From: Octopus vulgaris
Taxonomy: Eukaryota
Direction: 5' to 3'
Length of the DNA stretch: 64,000 bases
NCBI GenBank assembly: GCA_951406725.2
Contig: OX597817.1
Span: 147,870,001 to 147,934,000 of the forward strand
Shown: positions 11,755 through 26,454 of the stretch, piece after piece
How the letters are laid out: every line of letters starts with the position of its first letter
Numbering within the stretch: position 1 is the first letter of the stretch
Notes under the pieces: generated by a model
Told to the model about the DNA's origin: nothing
Database searches by the model: none
What the model saw: only the letters and a program-made list of their open reading frames with translations
Translations under genes and position numbers: made by a program

Positions 11755-12246
11755 ACACACATACACACACACATATACACACACATACGCGCGCGCGCAC
11801 GCACGCACACACACAAATAGATAGACACATAAATACTCACGTTTTGAAAAATATTTTGTTTGTATAACGATTTTGTATAATCTTTGCATGTGTGTGTGTG
11901 CGTGTGTGTGAGAGAGAGAGGGGGAGGAAAGAGGGAGGGTATGTGAGCGGGTGTGTATGCATGTGTGTATGCGTATATGGCTACGGGTGTGTGTGTGCAT
12001 TTCTTTGTAATTGATTGTTACAATTTTACGTCATTATAATAATTTATGTAAAAATTTATAATAGAGCTACACACATGTATAGAAGTGCTAACGGAAGAGG
12101 GAAAGTGGGAAGTGAAGCAGCATCTACAGCAGTATTGTGTGTTGTAGAAAAGAAATATTCTTTGAAGAAACTTCTAGATACATCGTACAAATTAATCTAT
12201 CGATGTTGCTTTTAGTAGGGCCGTTATCTTAAGGAATGATCAAAGA

Positions 12247-12364
12247 TATACATACATATATACACACACACATACATACATACATACATACATACATACA
12301 TACATACATACATACAAACATACATACATACATACACACATACATACATATATACATACATACA

Positions 12365-12398
<34 letters not shown>

Positions 12399-12676
12399 CT
12401 TACATAGATACAAACATACATACATTCATACATACATACATACATATATACATACATACATACAAACATACATACATACATACATACATACATACACACA
12501 TACATACATACACACATACATACATACATACATACATACAAACATACAAACATCCATACATACATACACACATACATACATACATACACACATACATACA
12601 TACATACATACATACATACATACATACATACATAAATACATACATACAAACATACATACATATATACATGCATACA
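12247..12676. repeat. (TACA)n microsatellite
   Basis: ~430-bp tetranucleotide array. Confidence 0.95.
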
Positions 12677-12931
12677 TTATGTCCTCCAAAAATAAGGAAA
12701 ACTGCATGAAGCGATTAAGACTTAGAATGGAGCCAATAGAAAAGGAGAAGAAGAACGGGAAGAACAATGTTAATACAATCAGGAGTCGGGGAGAAAAGGA
12801 ATGGTAATAAGCGAGATAGGCACAAAGGACCACCATCTTGAAATACAAGAAAGGAAATGCGCGGACAATATAATTACTAATTTGAATCAGGGCAACAGCA
12901 AGAATGAGGAGTCCTACAGAATGTGAAAATC

Positions 12932-12963
12932 CTATATATATATATATTTACATATATATATAT

Positions 12964-13002
<39 letters not shown>

Positions 13003-13019
13003 GATAGATAGATAGATAG

Positions 13020-13077
<58 letters not shown>

Positions 13078-13306
13078 GTATATATATATATATATATATA
13101 CGTATGTAGTTAGATAGGTCCTGATGTAGATAGATATTTATATGTAATATATATATGTGTATTTGTGTGTGTGTGTGTGTGTGTATGTGCGTATAAGCAT
13201 TAGGGTGCGGAAAGGCACCATACATATATAGAAAGACAAGAAATCTACGTCTAAAGCAAGATTTTATTGAAATCCAGCGAAAGAAACTTGTTAAGATAGG
13301 AACATA

Positions 13307-13358
<52 letters not shown>

Positions 13359-13832
13359 GACATAAAGTGTAAATCGAAAACTGAAAATAAAACTAGAAAA
13401 CAAAAGGGCTTATATTCAGTATAATTCTTGCGTTTTATAAGTCGATAACTGAAGAACAGGAATTGATTGTTTCTAATGCATCTTAAGTGACAATAGAAAT
13501 CATCTTAATCTATGTAGATCGATTGGTATCTAAGTAGTATTTACTGAACTTTCTATTTTCTATCAAGTGATCCTTGTGTTCTTTACATCATTAACGTGCT
13601 TCTGCAGTTGGGTTTATGGCTGTGGTTTCCTTTATCTAATAAAATTATAGCTTTGATGAAATAAGAAATAAGAAACGCCTTTGACGTGGTGAGAGAGAGA
13701 AAAATGCTTCATAAAACTAATGTGGTTTTCGAAAAATATGTTGTCATGGTAGTTAGTCAATGAATGGAAGATTCGACATACATTGGAGCTAATTATAAAT
13801 GAATTTCTGTTTATATGGCCATGCAAACACAC

Positions 13833-13904
<72 letters not shown>

Positions 13905-13966
13905 ATATGTTTATATATATATATATTTATATATATATATATATGTATGTATATATGTATGTATAT

Positions 13967-14049
<83 letters not shown>

Positions 14050-14070
14050 CATAGATATTGATAGATAGTG
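12932..14070. repeat. Cluster of (TA)n/(TG)n/(GATA)n microsatellites
   Basis: Multiple dinucleotide tracts separated by short unique segments. Confidence 0.9.
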
Positions 14071-14789
14071 TGTCCGTATCTGTTTATGTATATATGTAAC
14101 TAATGTATATGTAGATGTACGTATTTACATGGAAATACTGGGGTATCAGTCTCATTTGAGGATGAGATTGTGTACACTGTGTGTCGGCATGACAACTACA
14201 AGTCACATGTGAAATCGAGGAATTAATGTTAAATGCTGTGTGGTTGCATTCATACTGAAAGTATTATCCTTGTTTCTGTTAAATTTAGACAAATTCCTCT
14301 ACAAATGAGCAGTGATTTATTTTTAGCTAACCAAAAAAAAAAAAATCGCTAATAATTATATGCTTATAAATGTGAGAATACTCACATGTACACACACATA
14401 CTCTCACACACAAGCGCACTCATACACACACACACACACATTTAAGGCACATACATACACAAGCTGCACAGACACTCAGACACGCATAGTCATACACAGA
14501 CAAACACATACACATGTTGATGTTAATGAATGTGATTACCGGTTGCATTCTCATCATTCTGTCCCTTGCTGATGAAAGTAACGTATATATTCAAAATTTT
14601 CTATACGCTATTAGTGTCATTTAAAAGGATGCGTAGAATTCGAAAATGTATTGAATGTAAGAACTTGCACTAATTTTTCTCTTACCCTTCTCTTAAGATG
14701 ATTTTACATACCTTTGATTTCTACTGTCAAAACCTTGGCAAGGTAGTAGAATGTTTCAAGATGTCATGAACAGTGATGGTGAATATATT

Positions 14790-15023
14790 TATTTCTTTAT
14801 TGCAGGAGGGGTCTAAACATAGAGGGGACAAACAAGGACAGGTAAAGGGATAAATTCGAGTATATAGACCCCAGTGCGTAACTGGTACTTATTTAGTTGA
14901 CTCCGAAAGGATGAAAAGCAAAGTCGGTCTTGGAAGAATTTGAACTCACAACTTAAAGGCAGACGAAATACCGCTTAAGCATTTCGCCTGGCGTGCTAAC
15001 GTCTCTGCCAGATCGTCGCCTTA
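14790..15023 (-). mobile_element. tRNA-derived SINE family A (tail A) with TSD
   Basis: Full head-core-tail. ~14-bp TSD ATGGTGAATATATT / ATGGCGAATATATT. Confidence 0.88.
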
Positions 15024-15280
15024 ATGGCGAATATATTATTGACTGATTTGTTAAATTTCTAGTGAAATATAAGAATTAAAATAAAGGTAGAGAAGGTAGA
15101 GAAACGTACAAATTTATCCGACAACCTTATGCAGATAGACACACACACATATACGCACACCCACACGTACACCTATATATGTATATATATATAATTATAT
15201 GTGCATGTGTGTGTGTGTGTAACTGTATATATTTTTTTTATCTAGTTTCAGCTCACGAGCTGTGACCATGCTGGGGCACC

Positions 15281-15329
<49 letters not shown>

Positions 15330-15332
<3 letters not shown>

Positions 15333-15487
15333 AATAATTGAATGAATTATCTTATTAAGGATAATTCGAAAGATAACCGATACCTGGGTAGCAAATTCAC
15401 ATCAGAAAGAAATATGCAGCCTTCGAAACATATGTCGAGAATAAAGGATATTTGTTAACTAGTCGTTCAACTCAATTCTTTCATATA

Positions 15488-15490
<3 letters not shown>
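15330..15490. mobile_element. Short Penelope-like terminal remnant in (TA)n (family also at 51895-52098 and 57825-58045)
   Basis: TCGAAACATATGTCGAGA (3' half of a hammerhead) is joined to an inverted copy of the family terminus (ggataattc…ccgatacc.gggtagcaaattcac). Confidence 0.55.
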
Positions 15491-15521
<31 letters not shown>

Positions 15522-15549
15522 TGTATCTTTGTATATGTATATGGTAGCT

Positions 15550-17845
15550 GTCTGCTTCTTGCAGAGATTGACCAATTTTTGTACCTACCTGTGCTCTTTC
15601 CTAGTGCAAGATTTTATATGATTTTAGAGCCCTGAAAAGCGATTGAAAAGCTGCTCCTCTCTACTGCAGCAATATCTTATTTCAGTATTGGCCCCATGTT
15701 CCGCTTGAAAGTTCTAGTATCATAACATTCCTCCACATGACTTGCAAATTTTTGGACAAACATGCTATTGAATCTGGTCATCCAGAATGAAATTCCAATA
15801 GTTCATGCATGCCTTGGGTGCACTGGTGCAATCTTATGCCCGTGTGAGATATACTTACCTTTGTGCATATGGAACTTTTAAAGAATGAACGAGAAACACT
15901 CGCAAAGCTTTTTTTGACATTAACCTCATTTTTATATGATATCAATTTATATGATATTAAAGTCAATTTCAGCGTGTTTAACTCTGTCAAGCCCCAAATC
16001 TTTAACAATGCTGAAAATCATAGATCTTTATGCATTCCTATTCGTCACAATTAATTCAATGTCGTCCGCGCATAAAAGAACAAGTTCCATAGAGGTAAAG
16101 ACCTTGGATTTGAAGAGTCTTCATATCAGAATAATCACATAAGGGGGGTTATCGTATATAGATGTCATTTGTTGAAGTTGCAAATGTATTTGAAAACATA
16201 GATGCAAAATAAATAGAGGAGTGTGTCGGGGCTTGGAGATCACTTAGCGTGAGTCAAATTTTAACCGGAAATGCTACCAATGTTAACCTGGGTCTTCATA
16301 TCCTTATGGAGAGCTCTGGTTCCGTAAATGGTACCGATATGGTTTCCACCAAAGTTAACCCGGGTCTTTATATCCTTATGGAGAGCCCTGGTTATATTCA
16401 CAAACTTTTCAGGGCAGCCAACTATCTTCAACTCCAGCCACAGTGCTTCCTATTGATCGTGTCAAAAACTTTGCTAAAATAAGCAAAGCAATGATAAAAG
16501 CCAATGTCTTCTCCGTTGCTCTTGTAGCTGCTGGATGATGGGATCATATCAAATCTCTCTCGAGAAGCGCGCAAACCACATTGTGACGCCGATACAGGTT
16601 TCGGGTCAATGTATTCATTAAGGCGCTGTAAATGCTCACGAGAAAAAACCATTCCAGAAACCGACGGCATTCGACCAAATTCGACGATAACCGACGAAAT
16701 TTCAACCTAAGTCCTTGAGACAAATTTATATAGAGAAATAAGAATAACATCAACCCTTTTGAGGCACCTCCACTTTCCTCAAATAGTATACAAGAAAGGA
16801 ATAATTAGTTTCGTCATCCTTTAGTCGCCAAGCTTCAAAGATACCAAATCAGTCCCTAATTATTATTGAGCTTTTTTATAACTCGTGCAATATCATCTTG
16901 TATCAGCTAACAGACCCTTTGGACAACAAGGGGGTCTACTATTTCCTCAATTATTTTCACAGTATGATCATCTATTGGGAAGATTAGAATAGTGCTGCAC
17001 TCGTCGATTCTGTATGGATTTCATATCATGAAATACTCATTGGCCCTCATCAGATCTCATTGGAGCTATAGTCGCTGATCTTGGGCAAAAAAAAGACTGC
17101 TGTATTTTTCGGTCTATATTATCTTGCGCATCTTTTGTTTAGAATATGTTTGCTTAGTTTTTGCTTTTAATGATCAGTAATTACTAACCATTGACAACAA
17201 ACTAGTCTGCTATTTCCTTAGCTCTGTAGCCCAGAGTAGAAGGTTTTGCATCATGAATTCTTAGTTTGAAATTCTCCTATGGATTTTCTTGTTCGAGTGA
17301 GACACCACTTATTGCATCCCGTAAACTTTGCGATAAATTAGGGAAATTAAGATCTGTTATGTTAATTCTGTTTGGTACGGCAGTCTCCTTTTCTAATTTG
17401 GGGCTGAATTTAAAGATTAAACATCCTTCTCATTAGCCACAACCTGCCTGGGAATTTGCTTCTCTCATAGCTCGGGCACTACGGGTTTCTTTAAAATCTG
17501 GTTTGCAAACCATGACACACTCAGTAAGGTACCTGCACTTATACCTTGGATACTTCAGGTTGTTTTATATTTATATTTCTACTGAAAGAAAGTGCTCGCT
17601 ATCACAAGTCGATGTTCAGTGCAAAAAGTAAGGCAAGAGATGCCATTTTGGCGACATTTTCGCACACCATTTTCCTATACCCAAGGCCGTTGCATGTCAT
17701 GAAATCAGACCCAACCCTCGAATTAAAGTCCCCGATAATTACTAGTCTATCAGAAGCTGACACATTTCCCATCAGTTCTCCAAATTCCTTGCAGAATTGT
17801 TCAGCAGCTGCTTTTGTGTGTGAAATTGTAGGTGCGTAAACACTA
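15550..17845 (-). mobile_element. Heavily degraded RTE-clade LINE (APE + RT remnants)
   Basis: Minus-strand remnants in the correct order: VYAPT…LVIIGDFNSRVG (APE, ~17700-17845), LQRLNEYIDP..SQCGLR..RFDMI and FSKVFDTINR (RT, ~16440-16640), and LLCADD (~16060-16085). Many stops and frameshifts. Confidence 0.8.
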
Positions 17846-17859
17846 ACGTGTGTGTGCGT

Positions 17860-17899
<40 letters not shown>

Positions 17900-18579
17900 T
17901 TGAAAGGTTAGCAATTAATATTTTTCCACGCTATTGAGTAGACTTTTAGCAACACGTGTACTCACGGCCAGATGAGCACGTGATATAGATTGCTCCATGT
18001 TTAGACTAACGGTAGTTTATTTCTCTAATATACAATCTTATCCTCTGCACATTTTATCTTAGATTTTTTCTTTTATATTAGGAATACAGTTCATCCTTTC
18101 AAACTGGGGTGTGTATATTCAATAATATGACTGCCAATATATTACTAGTATTCATTTTATCGAGCTCAGAGGAATTGAAAACAAATCGATCCTTGTGGAA
18201 TGGGAAGAGAGAATGTAAAGAATGACGAAATAAAATGCTGCTAGAAGACAATTAATCCGGCAATATTTTGCTTCTGACAACTCAATACACTCGCATCTTA
18301 TATCTGATATTATAAGCATCGATTTTTTAAAGTATGCAAATAAAAGATGCAAAGTTGGTTTGTGATAAATGAAGCTTGACGTCCTATAGTTGAAACCTGG
18401 TTGTAACCAATAAAAATATGTGTGTATGATGTTACAGCTAGCTTAGCGTGAGAGCATTTGTAGTAATGGCGTTTGTATGGCGCCTGTAAGGTCATGTAAC
18501 ATCTAAATACCTGTGAATATAATACACACAAACTTCCGTATGTGCTCGTACTCAAACACAACAAATATATTTAACACAA

Positions 18580-18784
18580 ACATACCAACACACATATATG
18601 TACGTATATATGAATATATGCATGTGCACACATACGTACACACGTGTGTGTATGTGTGTTAGTGCCTGTGTGCGCTTATGTGTGTGTGCATGCCTATGTG
18701 CGCGCGCACATGTGTATACATATATACACAGATATACTATATAGGCATATATGAACAGTTATATATTTATAATGGCAATGCACA

Positions 18785-18820
<36 letters not shown>

Positions 18821-18877
18821 TGTGTATGTATATGTTCATACATATGTATATATATTTGTATAGATACATGTATCTAC

Positions 18878-18922
<45 letters not shown>

Positions 18923-19105
18923 TATATATATGTGTGTGTGTATACATATATATATATGTGTGTGTGTGTGTGCGTGTGTGTATACATATCTCTATATATT
19001 TGTATATACATACAAACATAAGCACACACACATATATATGCACTAACATATATATATATACACATATATGCACGCACATTCACACATACATACACATATA
19101 TATTT
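18580..19105. repeat. Compound (TA/CA/TG)n microsatellite
   Basis: Alternating purine-pyrimidine tracts. Confidence 0.9.
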
Positions 19106-20602
19106 GTTATCCTAATTTCTTTTCATATCTGTTCAGTCACGTAACACTAGTTTTGTTTATAGAACTCTGGTACCTTACAACTAAAAACATTAGGCCCACT
19201 TGTTTTTCACGAAGCTTCATTCCTAGTATCGCTATCTGATTCCGTAACCCAAATACCTCAAAGATAATCTGCCTCATTACACATCCAATGAAATAGCGTT
19301 TCATCGATCACAGAGTTCTTTGATGTGCTAAACGAATTAATAATTTACAGATATCGAAAATAAACGATGTGTGATCAGGAAAGTATACAGAGTTACTAAT
19401 TCCGTTGGAATAGCATACAAGTATTCAACAATAAGCTCACTAAAACCATTATAGATGCCATCTTAAATATGCATTCCGTAAAGCTCTTATAGACGTTGAG
19501 AGAATTGGATGTTTCGTTCTGTAATCGGTGATCAACCACCGTACAACCATTTTGTGTGAAAATCATACAACCGTTTTCTCAAGTGGGACAGGCTTTATGC
19601 AACCAGAATCATCGACTTATTTTGAATTCTCTTAACCCGCACAATATATATCATCAGTTTTACAATCATCGTATGAGAAAGCAGAAATATTTACCTCTCA
19701 AAATTCAAAACGCAACAACCAGACTACCTTAAATCGGTATTAAAATATCAGTTAATATAACCATAGTTCAAATGAAGGTTTTATCGGAAGTCATTTGCAA
19801 TTTTATGACTAATAAATATATGTCTATAAATTCAAATCCTTAAGTTCGATTTGTTGCTAGATTCTTGAGGCATATAAAACTGTTATTAGTGAATGATGCG
19901 CCATTCTGCCCATAAATATTAAATTGTTTATTTGATCCGGTTCTCGGTGTATTAATATGGGATTAGGTCTGTTTAATGTTGGTAGAGAGCGCAGTTTCAC
20001 GAAAACATATTTCGTTGACATTGTACAATTCCTAGAATTATCTGAAACGATTCCTTCTCAAGGGCATGTGTTATCAAATGTACAGGTTCCGAGAGCATCG
20101 TATGAGCTGGTAAGGAAAAGAAGACGTAAATAACGGAAACCTGGAACGATATGATATCCACGAAGATGCCTCGTCCGTGGTGCTTCGAATATCCATCGTG
20201 GTGATATCATGACATCCAAAGCATATCAATGAGAAACTGAGGTGTAATCATATGTGTGTATGAAACAATTTTGTTTTCTGACATTGTGTTATGTAACATG
20301 TGTATTTATACAAACTGCTTGATTCCTTTTCGAAGAAAATAGCAGGACGTGATAGCACTTTGATGTTCTAGTCACAGGAAACGAAAAATATTTTCCACAC
20401 TATATATATATATATAGTAACTGTTAAATCAACTATGCGAAGATGAAAGACAATGTCACCGAGGCACTATTTGAAACCTGGACATCAAAGAACGAAATTA
20501 ATTACTATGTGATGCTTGGTTTAGGGTTCCGTTTTATTTGTAAATCAGGTATATTGACGTCCACTCACACCCACATATAAGGCCTTCTACTCAATATACA
20601 TA

Positions 20603-20673
<71 letters not shown>

Positions 20674-23600
20674 GCGTGTGTGTGTGTCTGTATACATACA
20701 TATATTTATATTCCTGTGTGTGTGAGTGAGTGTGTGTTCGCGCCTCTATGCGTTTCGATATATATGCATTTATACATACTCATGCAGAAACGTTGTCGCA
20801 TATATAAAAAAAAAAAGATTCCGGATATAAGAATCACAATAAAATAAGATGTTCCTTTAAGCTATTGTAAAAATAAATATGGCCTAAAATGTGATTCGAA
20901 CACTGGATGCGTGTTATCGCAGTCGATTCTCACCATGAATTATAGCAGTCTGCATTACTTCCAAGCAATTCCTGTAATTGTATAAGCAGACACGTACATA
21001 GAAGAAACGCACACCCACACGTTATTAGGATCGGCATGAGTCGTATAATTGGGTCGCTAAATTCGCTTGCACCATATTCCTGGTAACAACGCAGGTTAAT
21101 CAATTCCCTGCAAGCCATCTCTTTAATTGCAGTTAGGCATTCTTCTTTCGGAGAGAATTTTGAAAAACAAAAATATTGCCAATATTGTCATCTGCCTCAA
21201 CCGATCTCCTACACACACACACACACACACACGCACGCACACATTTATGTACCGCGGACAATTAATGATACAGACCCCCACAAAAAGAAAGATGCTAGAT
21301 GTAATTACACAAGTCGCACACCTATTTGTTTATATATTAATGTTCACACATTAAACGTAATACGTACAATTATTGTGACCGATTTAAGTTAAATGTCAAA
21401 GCCGGAAGCGTGCGGTGATTAATGTGCAAGCCAATAGTTTAATGATTCTTCAGTTGGCCTAGGGTGTACATAATTAATGATTGTAATTAATAAAAGATGT
21501 TGATTTCGCCTAATCATTAGTTTAAAGGCAGTACTTCATTATAAGTTTGTTCGTCATAGGCAGTAAAGTAGCGACAAGTAGACTTAGAGTTCTCCACTCA
21601 TTGCCTCAAAAGGCATTAATTGACATAACCTGATAATAAGCTAAGAGAGTGATTCTAGCAGCTACAATTGCATATTAAGGTACTCACTTGTGAGGAAATA
21701 GTCGCCAGATTAATCTTAATTTCGCATTATTAATCCTTCTTTCGCACACTCACATACTCCTTTTTAGCTATACACACACACACACTCTCTCTCTCTCTCA
21801 CAAATACAAAACTCACACACACATATATGCAATACATATAAACATATACATATATGTTTGTACGGATGTATGCGCATGTATATACATATGTGTGTGTATG
21901 TGTGTGTGTGTACGCACTTGCATATCTATATATATATATATATATATAACAATAATAAATCTCTGATATATACATATATATATATATATATAGTTATGTA
22001 TATTAATCACATTTATACATGTATACATATATTATGTATATTGTTTTTGATTTCATTTATTTATGCAATTTAAAGATGGAAATCTCAATGAGAATAAAGA
22101 AGATGATGATGAAAGAAAAATCTAGAAATTAGTTCAATATAGAAATAAAATAAGCTACAATAAAATAAAATAAATGAAGTAATCAAGAGAAATAATTCGG
22201 TGTACGTGTTTCTCGAGAATTTTCTAGTTGAAATTTTCGCTGAAAAAGACTGCAATTATATGGGAATTTTTTTCCTTCGTCCGTTTAGAATACATTTTTT
22301 TTGTATGAGAATTGGATAGAATTTTTAAGGGACGAATGATTAAAGAGTGAAAAATATAGAAGGAAATAAGGAAAAAGTGATACAGACAGAAAGAGAGGAA
22401 AGAGCAAGAGGGTGAGTGTGTGGCGGAGGGTATTATAAACAGTGATGGGAAAATACAAAGAAAGAAAATATATAAAGAAATGTTTTATGAAAGAGAGGCA
22501 ATAATGAAAAAGGCAAAGAAATGTGTAAGCGAAACATGGCGTTATCGAGAAAGCGAAAGTAAAACGTGAGTAAACGAGACATGAAGTAAGAGGATGCAGA
22601 TAGAAATTTTAGTAAGAGGAAAGTTTGTGGAAAAGTAGATGACGAGAGAGAGAGAGAGATGTAGAGGGAGGGAGGGATGAATTAGGAGGGATAAAGTGTG
22701 TGTGTACTTGCTGGCTTGTGGGTGCATACGTGTGAGTGCATGTGTGAATATACGAGTGTAAAAGATGGTGGACGGATAAATAAGTAGAATGTAATATCAG
22801 TGTGATGTTAGTAAAAATGTAAAAATATCACAAAGTAGGGAAGATTTGAGAATCGTTTGAGGAGTGAAGATTTTGAGATAAAACTTTTAAAATATATTTT
22901 TGAAATATATTGAAGTGGTTAAAGGAGAGACAAAAATCAATACAACAATTTTAATAGTGAATTAAATAACTTAAAAATGAGGAATTAAAAGATAACGAAA
23001 AACAACAGCAAAATATGCAAATGTATTACTCTTCAACCACCAATCTATACTGAAGTCTCGTTCCACAAATCCATAGTGAATCTAGAATATTTCATGTCTG
23101 TTTTTATTTTCAAGAAAAACGATGGCTTCCTGTAGAGCATACTGTTTATGACAGCATATCAACGATGGCATTTTTATTTAACTACCACCATGTAATGCCT
23201 ATATAGTGATGAAGATATCAGACTTCTGGATATTCTGAAATGTGTAACTCTAATCGTATAATGAAATAATATAATGGAGTCAATAACCAGTGTCTACTCT
23301 TTGTCAAATGAAAGCAAAAGAGCCTTACGTGTATATCTAAGTATTTACTCCTAAGCAATACCAGCTTACTTCACTTTATAAAGAGAACCGTTCATATTTG
23401 TGTAACCAAAGAGAGAACATCCCTGTTATGAGTCCTTTGATGCGAATGGGTTTCTATTGTGATAAAACATCAGACAAAGTGATATTTCGCAACTGAATGA
23501 TCGATCGATATACTAAAAAAAGTAGGAGCAATATCTCTTGTGAATTAGATTTTCTTCGAAAAGGAATGAAACACTGGATAATGTAGTCCTAGATATACAA

Positions 23601-23689
23601 TGTGCTTAGAATAAGATCAGATATGCCATGGATCAAAAGTTTCTGATCACAGGATCGGCTCGATAATCTGGAATTAATAGATCTCACCC

Positions 23690-25240
23690 ATGACCTTTAG
23701 GCATTTATGCCAAACATATTCACCGACCTTTTGTCACGCGTCGACTACAATTGGCAGCAAAACGGTTGATACCCACTTCCGTGATCTGGGATTTATAGCA
23801 CTGCCGAGGAAGGATGCGAATAGGTGTATAATTGATAATTTTCAGCTCATAATTCCGTTGAATGTAGAGCTCAAGATTTTAGCCAGAGTAGTAATATAAC
23901 TTAGCTCATGTGAGCGAGGTAGCGTGGTAGCGTAGATCTATTCGTGAAAATCTCCACCCAGTGCGATGTATCATAGAGGATTTATATTCCCTATAATAAA
24001 TTCGGCCTTAGTTGATTCCTAATTAACTTGGAGTAATCGAAACCTATCGATGATGTCGATCATTACTTGCCACTTGTCCTCAAAATAGCCGGTTTCGGTT
24101 CCGTTTTCGGAGATTGGATAGCTGGTCTCTATCTACTTAGTGGTTAGAGTAAATTGAAATCTTAGAGTAAATTGGAAGCGTTTTAGATCAGGGTCTTGTT
24201 TCGACAAATGTGTTCTTTTTCAGCTATTTTGTATGAACTGGTTCTCGTACCACTACTGGACAAACTGGAATGTTTGAAGGGAAACTGGTGGAACCAGGAC
24301 GCGGACGAGCCACTTTAGCATATGCAGATACCATCGTAATGGCATCGGACACCAGGCACATGGAGTTGATCCAAATGCTTTCTGTTAAAAGAATACGTAA
24401 TTTTCTCAAGGGCAGTAAGGTTGCTGCACGACGCCTGGTGGGGCAAGCCCATACCGTCGAACATTATTGCAGGTTACTGCTCGCGTGATGAAGTTAGGCT
24501 ATACGTCCCTCACTCGGACCCGCCCTCCGGGTGAGTTAAAACTGGGACGATCTTGCGTGAAGAATGGCCAGTTTCCCATTGGAATGGTGTGAGAGGAAAC
24601 TTATTGTAAACGATCGCTTAGACGTTTTAAATGCATTTTTCACCTCCATTATAGTTCTCTCTGAAAATCTTGCCTTGTTTTAATTTTCCTCGAAACAGAT
24701 TGGAGCATTTGCTATTTCGCTTCTTATGGAAGGGATGCGGTTTTTTTTCAGGGTTGTCATTCTGTTGCTTTCATCCTCTCTATTGAGAGTTTGGTATGTC
24801 TCAGTTTTCTGACGCATGTCATGCGTTGTGGCCACGACATTAGCAAATATTCGTAGACGGTAAGCATGTCTTTTCGCATTTTGCTATGCTGTTGTTTTTC
24901 TATCTCTCATCTCTTTGACTGAATTTCAGCCGTGATTGAGTTGCAGGTTCAGAGTGAGCTTTGAATCTGGTAGATAATGGCCCCTTATCAGTCAGCCATC
25001 GCAGTCAGTGGAAGTTCCATGTCGACATTCAAGTGACGGGACAAACGACAAGGTTTTCGGTAAGTAAACACGGTGGTTTGTTGCTGAAATTCTTTAAGCA
25101 GATGGACGATAGATAACTAGCTTCAGACAAAGTAGTGAACTGGCATGGCAGCTGTATGGTATTGCCGGTTCGAAACAACTTTCACTGACATAGATATGCC
25201 GTCAAAAGGCAGATTTCTGCAAGATGCGAACTTGATGGTC
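23690..25240 (+). mobile_element. Degraded L1/Tx1-clade LINE RT fragment
   Basis: GFIALPRK…DNFQLIIPLNVELKILARV (RT motif 1), SAILYELVLVPLLDKL (after the QG..LSP motif) and LAYADTI (YADD remnant). The right boundary is approximate. Confidence 0.7.
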
Positions 25241-25370
25241 TTGTGATAAATTGCTATATCGTTACCATCATTATTATTCTTAATACTGCTGCTGTACAAC
25301 ATCTCCTCCTCCTCCTCCCCCTCCTCCCCTCCCCCTCCTCCCCTCCCCCCTCCTCCTCCTCCACCACCAC

Positions 25371-25409
<39 letters not shown>

Positions 25410-25424
25410 TTTGTATATACTCGT

Positions 25425-26093
25425 TATTTCTTTACTACCCACAAGGGGCTAAACATAGAGGGGACAAACAAGGACAGACAAACGGAGTAAGTTGATTACA
25501 TCGACCTCAGTGCGTAACTGGAACTTAATTTATCGACCACGAAAGGATGAAAAGCAAAGTCGACCTCGGCGGAGTTTGAACTCAGAACGTAGCGGCAGAC
25601 GAAATACCGCTAAGCATTTCGTCCGGAATGCTAACGTTTCTGCCAGCTTGCCACCTTTACAGGCAGACGAAATATCTATTTCTTTATTGTAGCCCCACAA
25701 GGGGCTACACACAGAGGGGACAAACAAGGACAGACAAGCGGATTAAGTCGATTATATCGACCCCAGTGCGTAACTGGTATTCATTTAATCAACCATGAAA
25801 TGAAAGGCAAAGTCGACCTCGGCGGAATTTGAACTCAGAACGTAGCACCAGACGGAATACCTATTTCTTTACTACCCACAAGGAGCTAAACACAGAGAGA
25901 ACAAACAAGGACAGACAAACGGATTAAGTCGATTATATCGAGCCCGGTGTGTAACTGGTACTTATTTAATCGATCCCGAAAGGATGAAAGGCAAAGTCGA
26001 CCTCGGCGGAATTTGAACTCAGAACGTAACGGCAGACGAAATACCGCTAAGCATTTCGCCCTGCGTGCTAAATTTCTGCCATCTCGCCGCCTT
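25425..26093 (-). mobile_element. Tandem/nested cluster of three family A SINEs
   Basis: Three tail-A units, with junctions at 25676/7 and 25861/2 at the G(G/A)TATT(T/C)CG site. Confidence 0.92.
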
Positions 26094-26454
26094 AGTTGGA
26101 ATTTGGATATGTTCGTATGAGACATGATGGGAAGTGCTATCTGATGTCTGAAAGAAATTTAAATTTCTTTTTTAAACTGACAAAACTTTTTTAAAATATT
26201 GTTTCATTTCAGACACAGAATGTTCAATTCAACCGTCCCCCTGCCACAGAATAAAAATTTATCCAAACTCAAGATCTTCTCTATCTCTGACTCCGTCTGT
26301 CTGTCTGTCTCTCTTTCTTGTATGTACAATTAGATATACGTCTACTACTGTATGCGTTACAACTCACGTTAGGTTATCATGTGGGAAACACTCAGTTATA
26401 TTTTGTCGTATTACTAGGTATGACATACAGAGCATATCTTTTCTCCTTCATATG

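Noticed and set aside
16270-16395. 72-bp-period tandem duplication
   Set aside because: Two-copy local duplication inside a decayed RTE with no further structure.
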